Source: Candidatus Sumerlaeia bacterium (lineage in GTDB: Bacteria; Sumerlaeota; Sumerlaeia; SLMS01; JANRJK01). Taken from it: DNA of 64,000 bases. This document shows, in pieces, positions 10,301-18,486 of this stretch. The first letter of the stretch is position 1. Every line of letters starts with the position of its first letter. A model generated the notes under the pieces. It had not been told where the DNA came from. It saw nothing but the letters and a program-made list of their open reading frames with translations, and did not search any database. The stretch covers positions 224,001 to 288,000 of the forward strand of contig JANRJK010000036.1 of NCBI GenBank assembly GCA_033764015.1, read 5' to 3'. A program made the translations under genes and the position numbers.

Positions 10301-11695
10301 GAGTTCCAGGAGGGGTTCCTCGCGGACAAGCAGGCGCCCTACGACGCGCTGGTGGAGCTGCTGCTGGACCTCGGGCGGGAGGAGGAAGCGCTCGCGGTTT
10401 CGGAGCGGGCGCGCGGGCGCAACTTCCTCGACCTGCTCGGCAACCGGAGGCCGGGGCTGCGGACGCCGGAGGAGAACGAACTTTCCGCCCGGGAACGCGA
10501 GGCGTCGGACGCGATCCTGGCGCTGGAGCGGCGGCTCGGCGCGGCGCCGGCGGCGAAGCGCGCGGAGATCGAGAGCGAGCTGGCGCGGGCGCGCGCCGAG
10601 TACTCTTCGCTGCTCGTGCGGCTGCGCGCCGCGAACCCGCAGCTCTCCTCGTTCGTGCGCGTCGAGCCGGTGGACCTGGACGCGCTGCGGGCGCTGCTCG
10701 AGCCGGAGACGGCGCTGGTGGTGTACCATCTGCTGGAGGACGAGGCGGTGCTTTGGGTGGTGCGGCGCGACGGGATCACGGCGCGGCGCTCGCCGGTTTC
10801 GAGGGCCGAAGTGGCCGCGCGGGTGGGCTCGCTGCGGGAGCGGCTGCAGGATCTCGCGCCGGTGGACGCGGAGATCGCCGCGATGTCGGAGGCGCTGATC
10901 GCCCCGGCGATGGATGGGCTTTCGGGGGCGGCGCGGATCGGGTTCGTGCCGCACCGCGAGCTGCACACGCTGCCCTTCCCGGCGCTGCGCGAGCGCTCCG
11001 GCGGCCCGCTGCTGATCGAGGGCTACGCGCTGTTCCATCTGCCGAGCGCGAGCGTCCTGCCGTACTCCGTCGAACGCCGGACGCCGGAACCGCGCGCCCG
11101 GCAGGAGCTCCGCGTCCTGGCCGTCGGCAACCCGGAGACGAACATCCCCGGTTCGGACCTGCCGTTCGCCCAGAAGGAGGCGGAGCGCCTCCGGTTCGAA
11201 TACCCCGACATCACGGTGGCGACGGGCGGCGCGGCGACGGAGGAGTGGGTGGGGGCGAACGCGGGGGGCTACGACGTGATCCACATCGCCTCCCACGGCG
11301 AGTACAATCCGCTGGCGCCGATGGTTTCGGGGCTTCTCCTGGCGGGGAAGGGGGACGGGGAGGGCCGCCTGACATCGGAGGAGATCTTCGCGCTGCCGCT
11401 CGCCGCGGACCTGGTGGCGCTGTCGGCCTGCCAGACGGGCCTCGGCCGCGTGACCGCCGGCGACGAGGTGGTGGGGCTGAACCGCGCGTTCCTCTACGCC
11501 GGCACGCGGCAGATCGTCTCGACGCTATGGCGGGTGGACGACATCGCGACGGCGGTGCTCTTCAAGCACTTCTACCGGAACGACCGGGACCTGGACCGGG
11601 CGGAGGCGCTGCGGCAGGCGCAGCTCCGCGTGGCGGCGCGATACCCGCATCCGGCCTACTGGTCGGGCGTGGCGCTCACGGGGGACTGGCGCTGA
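4286..11695 (+). CDS. Giant secreted PD40/TolB-like + TPR + CHAT (caspase-like, HetF family) protein, 2469 aa
   Basis: Signal peptide-like N-terminus, PD40-like repeat (EPRISPDGRRLAFISTR), DTNRDGRLDDAD Ca-binding-like loop and extensive TPR helices. The C-terminal CHAT domain has the HIASHG and LSACQTG catalytic motifs, SLW-like STLWRVDD and HPAYWSG. Confidence 0.9.
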   Translation: MDHQVATFLMLFAAGAAGAAEPLLSLPGDEAAPQADPRGRWLVFEHTNEGTTNLLLLDLRGGPGASPKPLAPHPANSREPRISPDGRRLAFISTRADALGDLFVLTLPDGEPRRLTDSTTSDRAPRWITADSIEIEQRRGAGWERTVLDARTGQPEPGAAAPADTGAGAPFPLLAANGELALLRADDTNRDGRLDDADDASLWRRGADGWSQVALPLAGASGLARLGDELVVSAEGPDGLDLFVLPVDESLADPPVAADRAQVGVTAEMADAAALARWRGEALRSGSAEAAAQWLRSALARGEIATLLEPPAFLDAMFSTDAAARWNYGALRIEAELRGLTVATLEAAQESAAVEALARRARAHAAAMPAGADSDVAAQFALARLGMFARTGDTARALELAAELEGSGAMDRDPGTQAAFLAAKAGVYRRLGQFDESARFRLAALGVLPADDPRARLLAREVLGDATAQSPDDEARLLAIRAVSAENGRLPALLAESRLAQARLLDRIGEPEPALEAARLAVEDPDTPAAAASEALLLEADILGSRGRFEEAVRLLAASRERLGAEGAATEAALRAALVRGLSAQGRAELRAGDAALAQATYGRLTELVPEAYQGWRGRVAALAAMPNGLDAVRGELRRAAKSDAGDARAQYLYGLLLTYEESKVDSAEKYLRRAVALDGSNAFHHQTLGYVLEQRALRGRRNERLAEAQERYERALALTDAGAAPQDHADLLLNAGNAAFAQERFPRAWSLYLRRAQSPSPFENDAQEFLFRRSAGIAAFRAYEARRAEESFAAALRLLESPGPALLGATAEPVRAELSRELRDRRALALWQLGRAGEAAELWEGLAPLADKRSMDAVRLRRNAALARLDQVESSTGAARADAFAAAEAQLAEARALLPGARLEGPAKGGPFAVDVVVASDATTGGADLRLDRAEEERLLRLAHLRLASLRGDDEAAARGLADELAFLSAPVPEEQLAYRSTQRSLLQRRLAEDMLASGDRTGALLALAGVVDEARFVVKDEPLVNAAAASAALLRLAELGGSADTGTAARLDASWIAGLGAPEPAGAAGAVDRAAARLLAAQFEGLLEATPLVESPEARMRLGLARLLELRSAVFAPGAESEGTPERALREARRALAVESAEALVRALREDAQTATDGVEANGLLLRAHALRLSLAARFAGDERTDSARAEALAFARASGHGDSEWWLHAEEALASRDAQRRDAALERARVSAAALLPSSLTGRSAELASLLPALRDANAATGEEAVWRGGEEWALAELRLAFAGAVPGDGAWGAGFVRLRDARDRLLGRLRSTPPAELGSAEFVVSQLARAEEALAAHLDAGRADGDAFANALFAAPTPFEDASVVYDLGGLLGVEAALPGADAAGRVLLSPGPVGVAGAASVVRVLSGAHLLWALSDPPLELRTADGAVLGERVLRGPIREVGASPLDWEVGEERRRLGDFAAEEPAALWSVEAELVPGARLAVAAALASQGAASVRFPGGEFFGAPRVDPAGAPDVALARLAAARGEAFAAIEENDAERAAPALVTTLALSEALGETGDRTLLLELLAQALGDSGRYEEALGPAAAAVEARRADGGPEALAKSLARLGGLADRARRHDAAERSYTEAGELFASLGDEASRLGARTNIGLTLERSGEYARAAAEYAAVRADAAAAGDRALALESLGRVARILALRQNRYAEAEELLREGLAEAPAGSAEAIGLRIDLAYALERTARYDEALAELGAAQEEAKAAELPLLEALALKDRANVLWLRSDYFESFTARTDAEALAARLGDTELRIALRNVAGLTAWSVNDLPRAMAEFDDALSLSRRASLPTEEASTLNNRGLALRSQGLLEEALADLRAAEAIDTAQGNRWGAAYAKRNIALTLIEALRPAEALPYLADALAYAEAIGDRANMSKTRLAAGDALRALDRRAEAEAAYREALAIADAVPLREVQWRAHYGLAELLLADGPDPAAAPELERALGVLDTLRAGLRVEEFQEGFLADKQAPYDALVELLLDLGREEEALAVSERARGRNFLDLLGNRRPGLRTPEENELSAREREASDAILALERRLGAAPAAKRAEIESELARARAEYSSLLVRLRAANPQLSSFVRVEPVDLDALRALLEPETALVVYHLLEDEAVLWVVRRDGITARRSPVSRAEVAARVGSLRERLQDLAPVDAEIAAMSEALIAPAMDGLSGAARIGFVPHRELHTLPFPALRERSGGPLLIEGYALFHLPSASVLPYSVERRTPEPRARQELRVLAVGNPETNIPGSDLPFAQKEAERLRFEYPDITVATGGAATEEWVGANAGGYDVIHIASHGEYNPLAPMVSGLLLAGKGDGEGRLTSEEIFALPLAADLVALSACQTGLGRVTAGDEVVGLNRAFLYAGTRQIVSTLWRVDDIATAVLFKHFYRNDRDLDRAEALRQAQLRVAARYPHPAYWSGVALTGDWR

Positions 11696-12318
11696 GCGAG
11701 CAGCGCGGCGACATCGGCGCGGAGCACGGCGCCGACCTCCTCGACCGGGCGCATGGCGTCCACGACGCGCATGAAGGGGAATCCGTCCAGCCCGAGAAAG
11801 ATCGCCCGCGCGCGGGCGAGGCGCTCCTCGCGCTCGAAGTGGTCCCCGGCGCCGTCCCGGCCGCGCACGCGGGCGAGCGCCTCCGCGACCGGAAGATCGA
11901 AGACCGCCAGGTAGTCGGGCACCGGCGCGAAGGCCTCGTTGGCGAGGCGGATCTCCGCCGGGTCGAGACCCCTCGCCCCTTGGTAGGCCATGGAGGAGAT
12001 GTAGTAGCGGTCCAGGACCACGATTCCGCCGGCGGCGAGTGTGGGTTCGATGGACTCGGCGACGTTCCGGCGCCGGTCCTCGCGGAAGAGCTCGAACTCC
12101 TTCGCGGCGGTGAGGACTTCCGGCCCGAGGGGCATCAGGCGGCGCAGCTCCATGCCGTGGGGGCCGCGGGTGGGCTCGTGGAGGACGCGGACCATGAGGC
12201 CGGAGGACTGGAGCCAGCGGGCGAGGAGTTCCGCCTGGGTGCTCTTGCCGGCGCCGTCGATGCCCTCGATGGCGACGAGGAGTCCGCGCGCGGGGGCGGG
12301 ATCGGCGGGACTGCGCAT
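11656..12318 (-). CDS. tmk: Thymidylate kinase
   Basis: IEGIDGAGKST P-loop, HEP, and DRYYISSMAYQG motifs. Converges on and overlaps the end of the CHAT gene. Confidence 0.93.
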   Translation of the reverse strand: MRSPADPAPARGLLVAIEGIDGAGKSTQAELLARWLQSSGLMVRVLHEPTRGPHGMELRRLMPLGPEVLTAAKEFELFREDRRRNVAESIEPTLAAGGIVVLDRYYISSMAYQGARGLDPAEIRLANEAFAPVPDYLAVFDLPVAEALARVRGRDGAGDHFEREERLARARAIFLGLDGFPFMRVVDAMRPVEEVGAVLRADVAALLAQRQSPVSATPDQ

Positions 12319-12499
12319 GGTGCTCCTTCGGCGCTGGGACTGGGGCGCACCTTCCCGGCGGCGCGGGCGGTCCGCAAGCGGTCATCGCCGCGGGGCGCGC
12401 CGGAATCTTCGCTTGCCGCGCCGCGGGGGCGGGCGTTGCCTTGACCGATTGCCGTGGCGGCGCCCTCCCGCCCGGCCCCTCCCAAGGAGCTTCGCCAGC

Positions 12500-13861
12500 G
12501 TGTACGTCTGCGTTATCGGCACCGGCTATGTCGGCCTCACCACGGGCGCGGTCTTCGCCGACCTCGGCAACGATGTCATGTGCATCGACAAGAACGCGCA
12601 GAAGATCGAAAACCTGCGCCAGGGCATCATGCCCATCTACGAGCCCGGCCTCGAGGAAATGGTCCTCCGCAACATCGAGGAGGGCCGCCTGACGTTTTCG
12701 ACGGACACCGCCGAGGGCGTGCGCAAGTCCGAGGTGGTCTTCATCGCGGTCGGCACGCCGCCGAAGGCGGACGGCTCGACGGACCTCTCGCAGGTCGAAG
12801 GCGCGGCGAAGGACATCGCCGCCTGCCTCGACCGCTACAAGATCGTCGTGAACAAGTCCACGGTCCCGGTCGGCACGGGCAACTTCGTGCGGCAGGTGAT
12901 CGAGGCGAACAAGCGCCGCGCGGTCGACTTCGACGTGGTCTCGAACCCCGAGTTCCTGCGCGAGGGCTCCGCGATCCAGGACAGCTTCCTGCCGGACCGC
13001 ATCGTGATCGGCGCGCCGAGCCAGAACGTGGCGATGTCGCTGCTCGAGCTGTACGCGCCGATCGAGCGCCCGATGCTGATCACCGACGTCTACAGCGCGG
13101 AGTTGATCAAATACGCCAGCAACGCCTTCCTCGCGACGAAGATCAGCTTCATCAACGCGATCGCGGACATCTGCGAGCGGGTGGGCGCGGACGTGTCGCT
13201 GGTGGCCAAGGGCATGGGCGCGGACCAGCGCATCGGCAAGGAGTTCCTGCAGGCGGGGCTCGGCTACGGCGGCTCCTGCTTCCCGAAGGACACGCTATCG
13301 CTGATCCACACGGCGAAGGCGCTCGGCGAGGACTTCGCCATGCTCGAGGAAGTGGTGAAGACGAACGACCGGCGCACGAAGCGGTTCGTCGAGCGGATCG
13401 TGAAGCATTTCGGCGGCTCGCTCGCCGGCAAGCGCATCGGCGTGCTGGGCCTCGCGTTCAAGCCCAACACGGACGACATGCGCGACGCGAAGTCGGTCGA
13501 GGTGATCAAGCACCTGCACGCCGCGGGCGCGAAGGTGGTCGCCTACGACCCGATCGCCACGGACAACGCGAAGCCGATGCTCCCGGCGGACATCGGATAC
13601 GAGAAGAGCGCCTACGACGCGGCGAAGGGCGCCGACGCGCTGGTGATCATGACGGAATGGAACGAGTTCAAGCTGCTGAACCTCGAGAAGGTGCAGGACG
13701 CCATGGGCTCGCCGGTGATCTTCGACGGGCGGAACATCTACCCGTTGGACCGGATGGAGCGCACGGGCTTCGAGTACCACAGCATCGGACGGCGCTCGGT
13801 GACGGGCCGCCGCCGCTCGATCCCGGCAGGAGTTGCCGCCAATGGCGGAAGCGACTCCTGA
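12500..13861 (+). CDS. ugd: UDP-glucose/GDP-mannose 6-dehydrogenase
   Basis: GTG start after AAGGAG. Motifs [34 protein letters not shown] and FKPNTDDMR. Confidence 0.95.
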   Translation: MYVCVIGTGYVGLTTGAVFADLGNDVMCIDKNAQKIENLRQGIMPIYEPGLEEMVLRNIEEGRLTFSTDTAEGVRKSEVVFIAVGTPPKADGSTDLSQVEGAAKDIAACLDRYKIVVNKSTVPVGTGNFVRQVIEANKRRAVDFDVVSNPEFLREGSAIQDSFLPDRIVIGAPSQNVAMSLLELYAPIERPMLITDVYSAELIKYASNAFLATKISFINAIADICERVGADVSLVAKGMGADQRIGKEFLQAGLGYGGSCFPKDTLSLIHTAKALGEDFAMLEEVVKTNDRRTKRFVERIVKHFGGSLAGKRIGVLGLAFKPNTDDMRDAKSVEVIKHLHAAGAKVVAYDPIATDNAKPMLPADIGYEKSAYDAAKGADALVIMTEWNEFKLLNLEKVQDAMGSPVIFDGRNIYPLDRMERTGFEYHSIGRRSVTGRRRSIPAGVAANGGSDS

Positions 13862-14732
13862 CCTGATCGGGCGCGTCGCGGACGCTGTGGCGCGCGAGCT
13901 GCTCGCGCGCCAGGGCCCCCCCGCGCCCAAGCCGGCCGCGACGCCGTGCGCCGCGCCGCACGGCATGGCGGGCGCGCCGAACCCGGCGGCGAAACATGCG
14001 CTGATCGAGGCGGGGGCCCAGCGCCTGGGGCACAGCACCGAGGACGCCGCGCCCCCGGCGCAGGAGTGCCGCCCCTACGCGCGCTACATCGACCACACGC
14101 TGCTGAAGCCGACCGCGACGGAGGACGAGGTCCGCACCCTGTGCGCGCAGGCCCGCGAGCACCAGTTCGCGTCGGTCTGCGTGAATCCCTCCTTCGTGCC
14201 GCTGTGCGCCGAGCTGCTGAAGGGCAGCGGCGTGAAGGTCTGCACGGTGGTCGGGTTCCCGCTGGGCGCGACGACGACGGCGGTGAAGGTCTTCGAGACC
14301 CGCGAGGCGGTGGCGAACGGGGCGGAAGAGATCGACATGGTGGTGCAGATCGGGCGGCTGAAGTCGGGCGACTACCAGTACGTGTGCGACGACATCCGCG
14401 GCGTGGTGCTGGCGGCGCAGGGCCGGCTGGTGAAGGTGATCCTGGAGACGACGGTGCTGGAGGAGCACGAGAAGGTGGCGGGCTGCACGCTGTCGAAGGC
14501 GGCGGGCGCGCACTTCGTGAAGACGTCGACCGGGTTCGGCGGCGGCGGGGCGACGGCGGAGGATGTCGCGCTGATGCGGCGCGTGGTGGGCCCGGCGCTG
14601 GGCGTGAAGGCCTCCGGCGGCATCCGCACGTGCGGCGACGCGGAGAAGATGGTGGCGGCCGGCGCGAACCGGCTGGGCGCGAGCGCCTCGGTGGCGATCG
14701 TCGCGGGCGCGGAGGGCAAGGCGGGCTATTGA
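13842..14732 (+). CDS. deoC: Deoxyribose-phosphate aldolase with an N-terminal extension
   Basis: Motifs [42 protein letters not shown] and RLGAS. About 75 extra N-terminal residues. Confidence 0.95.
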   Translation: MAEATPDLIGRVADAVARELLARQGPPAPKPAATPCAAPHGMAGAPNPAAKHALIEAGAQRLGHSTEDAAPPAQECRPYARYIDHTLLKPTATEDEVRTLCAQAREHQFASVCVNPSFVPLCAELLKGSGVKVCTVVGFPLGATTTAVKVFETREAVANGAEEIDMVVQIGRLKSGDYQYVCDDIRGVVLAAQGRLVKVILETTVLEEHEKVAGCTLSKAAGAHFVKTSTGFGGGGATAEDVALMRRVVGPALGVKASGGIRTCGDAEKMVAAGANRLGASASVAIVAGAEGKAGY

Positions 14733-14769
14733 GGCCCCGCCCCGCGCGGGCGGCCTTCCGCCACACACC

Positions 14770-15870
14770 ATGAAGCAGATCGAACAAGGCGCGTTTGTTG
14801 ACTATGTCAAGATCAACGTCGAGGCGGGCGACGGCGGCCAGGGCTGCATCGCGTTCCTGCGCGACAAGCTGACGGCGTTCGGCGGCCCGGCGGGCGGCGA
14901 CGGCGGCCGCGGCGGAAGCATCTTCCTGGAAGGCCAGCGCGAGCTGACCACGCTGCTCGATTTCAAGGGCCGCCCGTTCTGGCGCGCGCGCCGCGGCGCG
15001 CACGGCGAAGGCAAGAACTGCTCGGGGCAGGCGGGCGAGGACATCGTGCTGCCGGCGCCGCTCGGCACCGTGGTCACGGACGCGGACACCGGCGAGGTGG
15101 TGGGCGAGGTCCTCGAGACGGGACAGCGCCTCCTGATCGCCAAGGGAGGGGACGGCGGGCGCGGCAACCAGCACTTCGCGAACGCCACGAACAAGGCGCC
15201 GCGCAAGGCCGAGGCCGGCTGGCCCGGCGACAAGCGCACGCTGATCCTCGAGCTGAAGGTGATCGCCGACGCGGGGCTGATCGGGCTCCCGAACGCGGGG
15301 AAGTCCACGCTGCTCGCGGCGCTGACCCGCGCCACCCCGAAGATCGCGGCGTACCCGTTCACGACGCTGACGCCGAACCTCGGGGTGTTCCTCGCCTCCG
15401 ACCTGCAACGCCAGATCACGCTGGCGGACATCCCGGGCCTGATCGAAGGGGCCCACGACGGCCTCGGCCTCGGGCACCGCTTCCTCCGCCACATCGAGCG
15501 CACGAAGGTGCTGGTGCACCTGGTCGCCCCCGAGGCGGGCGAGGGCGAGGACGGCCAATGGGTCCTCAACGACTGCCGGCCCGACACGCTGCTGTACGCC
15601 TGGAAGCTGATCGAGGCGGAGCTGGCGGAGTACTCGCCGGACCTGCCGAAGCGCCCCCGCCTCGCGGTGCTGTCGAAGATCGACCTGATGTCCGGGGAGG
15701 AGCGCGACGAGGTGCTCGCCGCGTTCCGCGCGGAGCTCGGCGTCGAACTGCTTCCCATCAGCGCGCAGACCGGCGAGGGGCTCGACGCGCTGCGACTCGC
15801 GGTGGAGCGCGAGGCGCTGGCGCTCGACGCGCCGGCGGGTCCGGACCCGCAGCCGGAGAAGGCCGAATGA
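14770..15870 (+). CDS. obgE: GTPase ObgE/CgtA
   Basis: Gly-rich Obg fold (GGDGGRGG) and G-domain motifs GLPNAGKST, YPFTTL, DIPGLIEGA and SKID. Confidence 0.96.
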   Translation: MKQIEQGAFVDYVKINVEAGDGGQGCIAFLRDKLTAFGGPAGGDGGRGGSIFLEGQRELTTLLDFKGRPFWRARRGAHGEGKNCSGQAGEDIVLPAPLGTVVTDADTGEVVGEVLETGQRLLIAKGGDGGRGNQHFANATNKAPRKAEAGWPGDKRTLILELKVIADAGLIGLPNAGKSTLLAALTRATPKIAAYPFTTLTPNLGVFLASDLQRQITLADIPGLIEGAHDGLGLGHRFLRHIERTKVLVHLVAPEAGEGEDGQWVLNDCRPDTLLYAWKLIEAELAEYSPDLPKRPRLAVLSKIDLMSGEERDEVLAAFRAELGVELLPISAQTGEGLDALRLAVEREALALDAPAGPDPQPEKAE

Positions 15871-16535
15871 CCCGGCGCATTCGCTTTCCGCTCGCCCTGG
15901 CGCTTCTTGTTTCCGCGTCCGGGTGCATCAGTTTCGATCCGGCGTCGACGCGCCAACTGGACGAGGCGGACCGCCTCGAACGCGCCGCGTCGCTGAACCC
16001 GTCCAATGCGCACGCGTGGTTCGCCACCGGGAAGCAGCGGCTGGACGCGGGTGACTTCGACGGGGCGCAGGAGGCATTCCAGAGCGCGCTCGCGGCGCAG
16101 CCGGAGTTCGACGAGGCGGAGCTCGGCCTCGCGCTGTCGCACCTCGAGCAGCGCGAGTTCGCCGCCGCCCGCCGCGCGTACACCGCGCTGGCGGAGCGCC
16201 GCCCGGACCTCGCCGCGGCGTGGGAGGGGCTCGCCGCCACGGAGCTGGAGGCGCGCCGCCCGGACGCGGCGGAGGCCGCCGCGCGCGAGGCGCTGCGGTG
16301 CGACGGACGCTCGGCCCCAGCCCTGCGCGTGCTGGGCGAGGCCGCCTACATCCGGGGCGACCACCGGGCCGCGGTGCGCGCCTGGAGCGCCGCGATCGAC
16401 GCGGATCCCGCCCTCGAACCGCGCCTCGGCCCCCTGCTGGCGGACCTAAGGCTCTACTTGCGGAAGTACGCCCCGGGTGCGGATATGGGCTCCGACACCG
16501 CAGCCAACGCCCCCGCCACGGAACGCCCGCGATGA
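15867..16535 (+). CDS. TPR lipoprotein
   Basis: ATGA overlap with obgE. Lipobox VSASG-C and several TPR-like helical repeats. Confidence 0.75.
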   Translation: MTRRIRFPLALALLVSASGCISFDPASTRQLDEADRLERAASLNPSNAHAWFATGKQRLDAGDFDGAQEAFQSALAAQPEFDEAELGLALSHLEQREFAAARRAYTALAERRPDLAAAWEGLAATELEARRPDAAEAAAREALRCDGRSAPALRVLGEAAYIRGDHRAAVRAWSAAIDADPALEPRLGPLLADLRLYLRKYAPGADMGSDTAANAPATERPR

Positions 16536-17119
16536 GAATCGCCCTCGCCTCCGACCACGCCGGCTTCATCTTCCGCCGCGCGATCAGCTTCGAACTCGGC
16601 TCGCAGGGGCACGCGATCGAGGACTTCGGCTGCCCGAGCGAAGACGCCGCGGACCTGGTGGACTTCGTGGCGCCCGCGGCGGAGGCGCTCGGCAAAGGGC
16701 GCTTCGACTTCGGCATCTTCATCGACGGCGCGGGCTACGGACCGGGCATGATCGCGAACTTCTTCCACGGCGTCTTCGCCGCGGTGGCGAACGATCCGGT
16801 CGCGGCGCGGCTGGCGCGGGAGCACGGCGGCGCCAACGCGTTGTGCCTCGGCACCAAGGTCGCCGGCGAGCTGGTGCTCCGGGAGACCGTGAAGGCGTTC
16901 CTCGCCGCGGAGCCGTTGCCCGGCAAGTACCAGGAGCGCCGCGAAAAGGTGCGCGCGGTGGCCGAGCGCCAGCGCGTCGGACCGATGTTCCGCAAGCGCG
17001 CGGTGGTCACCGTGGACGACCTGAAGGAGGCGGTGCTGCAGCGGCAGCCCCTCATCATCGACCGCGACACGGTGGTGACGCCGAGCGTCCTCGAGGCGGT
17101 GCGCTCGCTGCGCCCGTGA
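16532..17119 (+). CDS. rpiB: RpiB/LacAB-family sugar-phosphate isomerase with a C-terminal extension
   Basis: Motifs IALASDHAG, DFG and AREHGGANALCLG. Variant active site IDGAGYG. About 45 extra C-terminal residues. Confidence 0.85.
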   Translation: MRIALASDHAGFIFRRAISFELGSQGHAIEDFGCPSEDAADLVDFVAPAAEALGKGRFDFGIFIDGAGYGPGMIANFFHGVFAAVANDPVAARLAREHGGANALCLGTKVAGELVLRETVKAFLAAEPLPGKYQERREKVRAVAERQRVGPMFRKRAVVTVDDLKEAVLQRQPLIIDRDTVVTPSVLEAVRSLRP

Positions 17120-18486
17120 GCGATCCGCGCCCCGCGGCCGACCCGCGCGAGGTCGCCCGAACTTCCGTCGTCGACTCCTTCGGCCAGCTCGCCGTCATCG
17201 CCGTCAGCATGGCGGGGGGCATCTTCCTCAGCCGCCTGCTCGGGGCCGACGGGCGCGGCGCGTTCGTCCTCGCCACTTCCGTTGTGACAGGGGTGATCGC
17301 GGACCTCGCGGCGCTCGGGCTCGGCGTCGCCGCGCAGGTGTTCGCATCGAAGCACCGCGCCCGCGTGGGCGAGGTCCACACGCTGGCGCTGGCGGGCATC
17401 GCGGCGTCGTCGCTGGTCGCGGTGCTCGTGGGCCTCGCGGCGGGGCCGTTCCTGCTCGACACGGTGTTCAAGGGGCTGCCTTGGCGCTTCTGGGCGCTGC
17501 AGCTCGCGACGCTGCCGTTCCTGCTCTACCTGCCGGTGGGCTACGGCATCCTGGTGGGGCTGGGTCAGGTGCGGCGGCGCTCGGCGTTCGACGTGGTGTT
17601 CTACGCGCTGCAGAACGTCGCGATCGTCGGTGTGCTCCTGGCGGGCGTTTACTGGGTGCGGGTCGAGCCGGTGGCCGAGCTGGTGTTCCTCTTCTGCGGA
17701 ATGCAGGCGCTGGGGGCGGCGGCGCTGGCGCGGGAGGTGTCCCGGCACGCTCCGTTGCTCGCGAAACCGGGGCGCGACCTCGCGCGTCCGTTCTACCGGT
17801 ACGGCATCGTCGTTTGGTTCGGCCAGATCCCGAACGCGGTCGCGTGGCGCATCGACCAGTTCATCGTGAACGGCATGCTCGGCACGACGGCGCTGGGGGT
17901 GTACAACCTCGCGACGAGCAACGCGCAACGCTCGACCGTGCCGGCGCTGGCGGTGACGCGGACGCTGCACGCGCCGGTTGTGGCGGCGGGGACGCGGGAG
18001 GCGGCGGAGCTTTGCGCGCTCGGCTTCCGCCAACTGCTGGTGGTGGGCGCGTTCACCTTCCTCGCGGGAATCGCGGTGGCGCCGCTTTTCCCGGTGGTGT
18101 TCGGCGAAGACTTCCGGGGCGCGGGGGAGCTCTTCCTCGTGGTGCTGGCGGGGTGGGTGTTCCACAACGCCTCGCGGTGCGTGTCGCTCTTCTACTCCGG
18201 ACACTTGGTGGATCCGACCGTGCCGACGGTGGTGAACTGGGTGGTGCTTCCGTTGCAGGGCGCGCTGACGTGGGCGCTGGCCGCCCGGTTCGGGCTGATG
18301 GGGGCGGCGGCGGCGACAGCGGCCAGCTACTCGCTCGTGTGCGCCGGGCTGGTGGCTGCGTTCCTGCGGCGCGCGGACACACCGACTTTGGGCGGGTTCC
18401 TGCGGTTCGGCCCGCAGGACCGCGATGCGTGGGCGGGGCTGCTGGCGCCGCTACGGGCGCGCTTCGCCAAGCAGCCGCGCCCATAG
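17116..18486 (+). CDS. Oligosaccharide flippase (MOP/Wzx-like)
   Basis: GTGA overlap with rpiB. About 12 hydrophobic segments, with SRLLGADGRG and RIDQFIVNGMLG..ALGVYNLA motifs. Confidence 0.85.
   Translation: MSDPRPAADPREVARTSVVDSFGQLAVIAVSMAGGIFLSRLLGADGRGAFVLATSVVTGVIADLAALGLGVAAQVFASKHRARVGEVHTLALAGIAASSLVAVLVGLAAGPFLLDTVFKGLPWRFWALQLATLPFLLYLPVGYGILVGLGQVRRRSAFDVVFYALQNVAIVGVLLAGVYWVRVEPVAELVFLFCGMQALGAAALAREVSRHAPLLAKPGRDLARPFYRYGIVVWFGQIPNAVAWRIDQFIVNGMLGTTALGVYNLATSNAQRSTVPALAVTRTLHAPVVAAGTREAAELCALGFRQLLVVGAFTFLAGIAVAPLFPVVFGEDFRGAGELFLVVLAGWVFHNASRCVSLFYSGHLVDPTVPTVVNWVVLPLQGALTWALAARFGLMGAAAATAASYSLVCAGLVAAFLRRADTPTLGGFLRFGPQDRDAWAGLLAPLRARFAKQPRP

Noticed and set aside
11680..11695. 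CHAT protein ends in GDWR
   Set aside because: This is the usual terminal strand of CHAT domains (W..F.L.GDW), not a portable tag.
4286..11695. Possible Craspase/type III-E CRISPR or other defence association of the TPR-CHAT
   Set aside because: No cas genes, repeat-spacer array or recognisable defence effector occur in the window, and the protein appears exported.
8533..12444. Very long alternative-frame ORFs (e.g. 8533-12444, 29432-32551, 6099-8765, 18757-20823)
   Set aside because: They are Arg/Gly/Ala/Pro-rich shadow ORFs expected in very GC-rich DNA, and they overlap well-supported genes.
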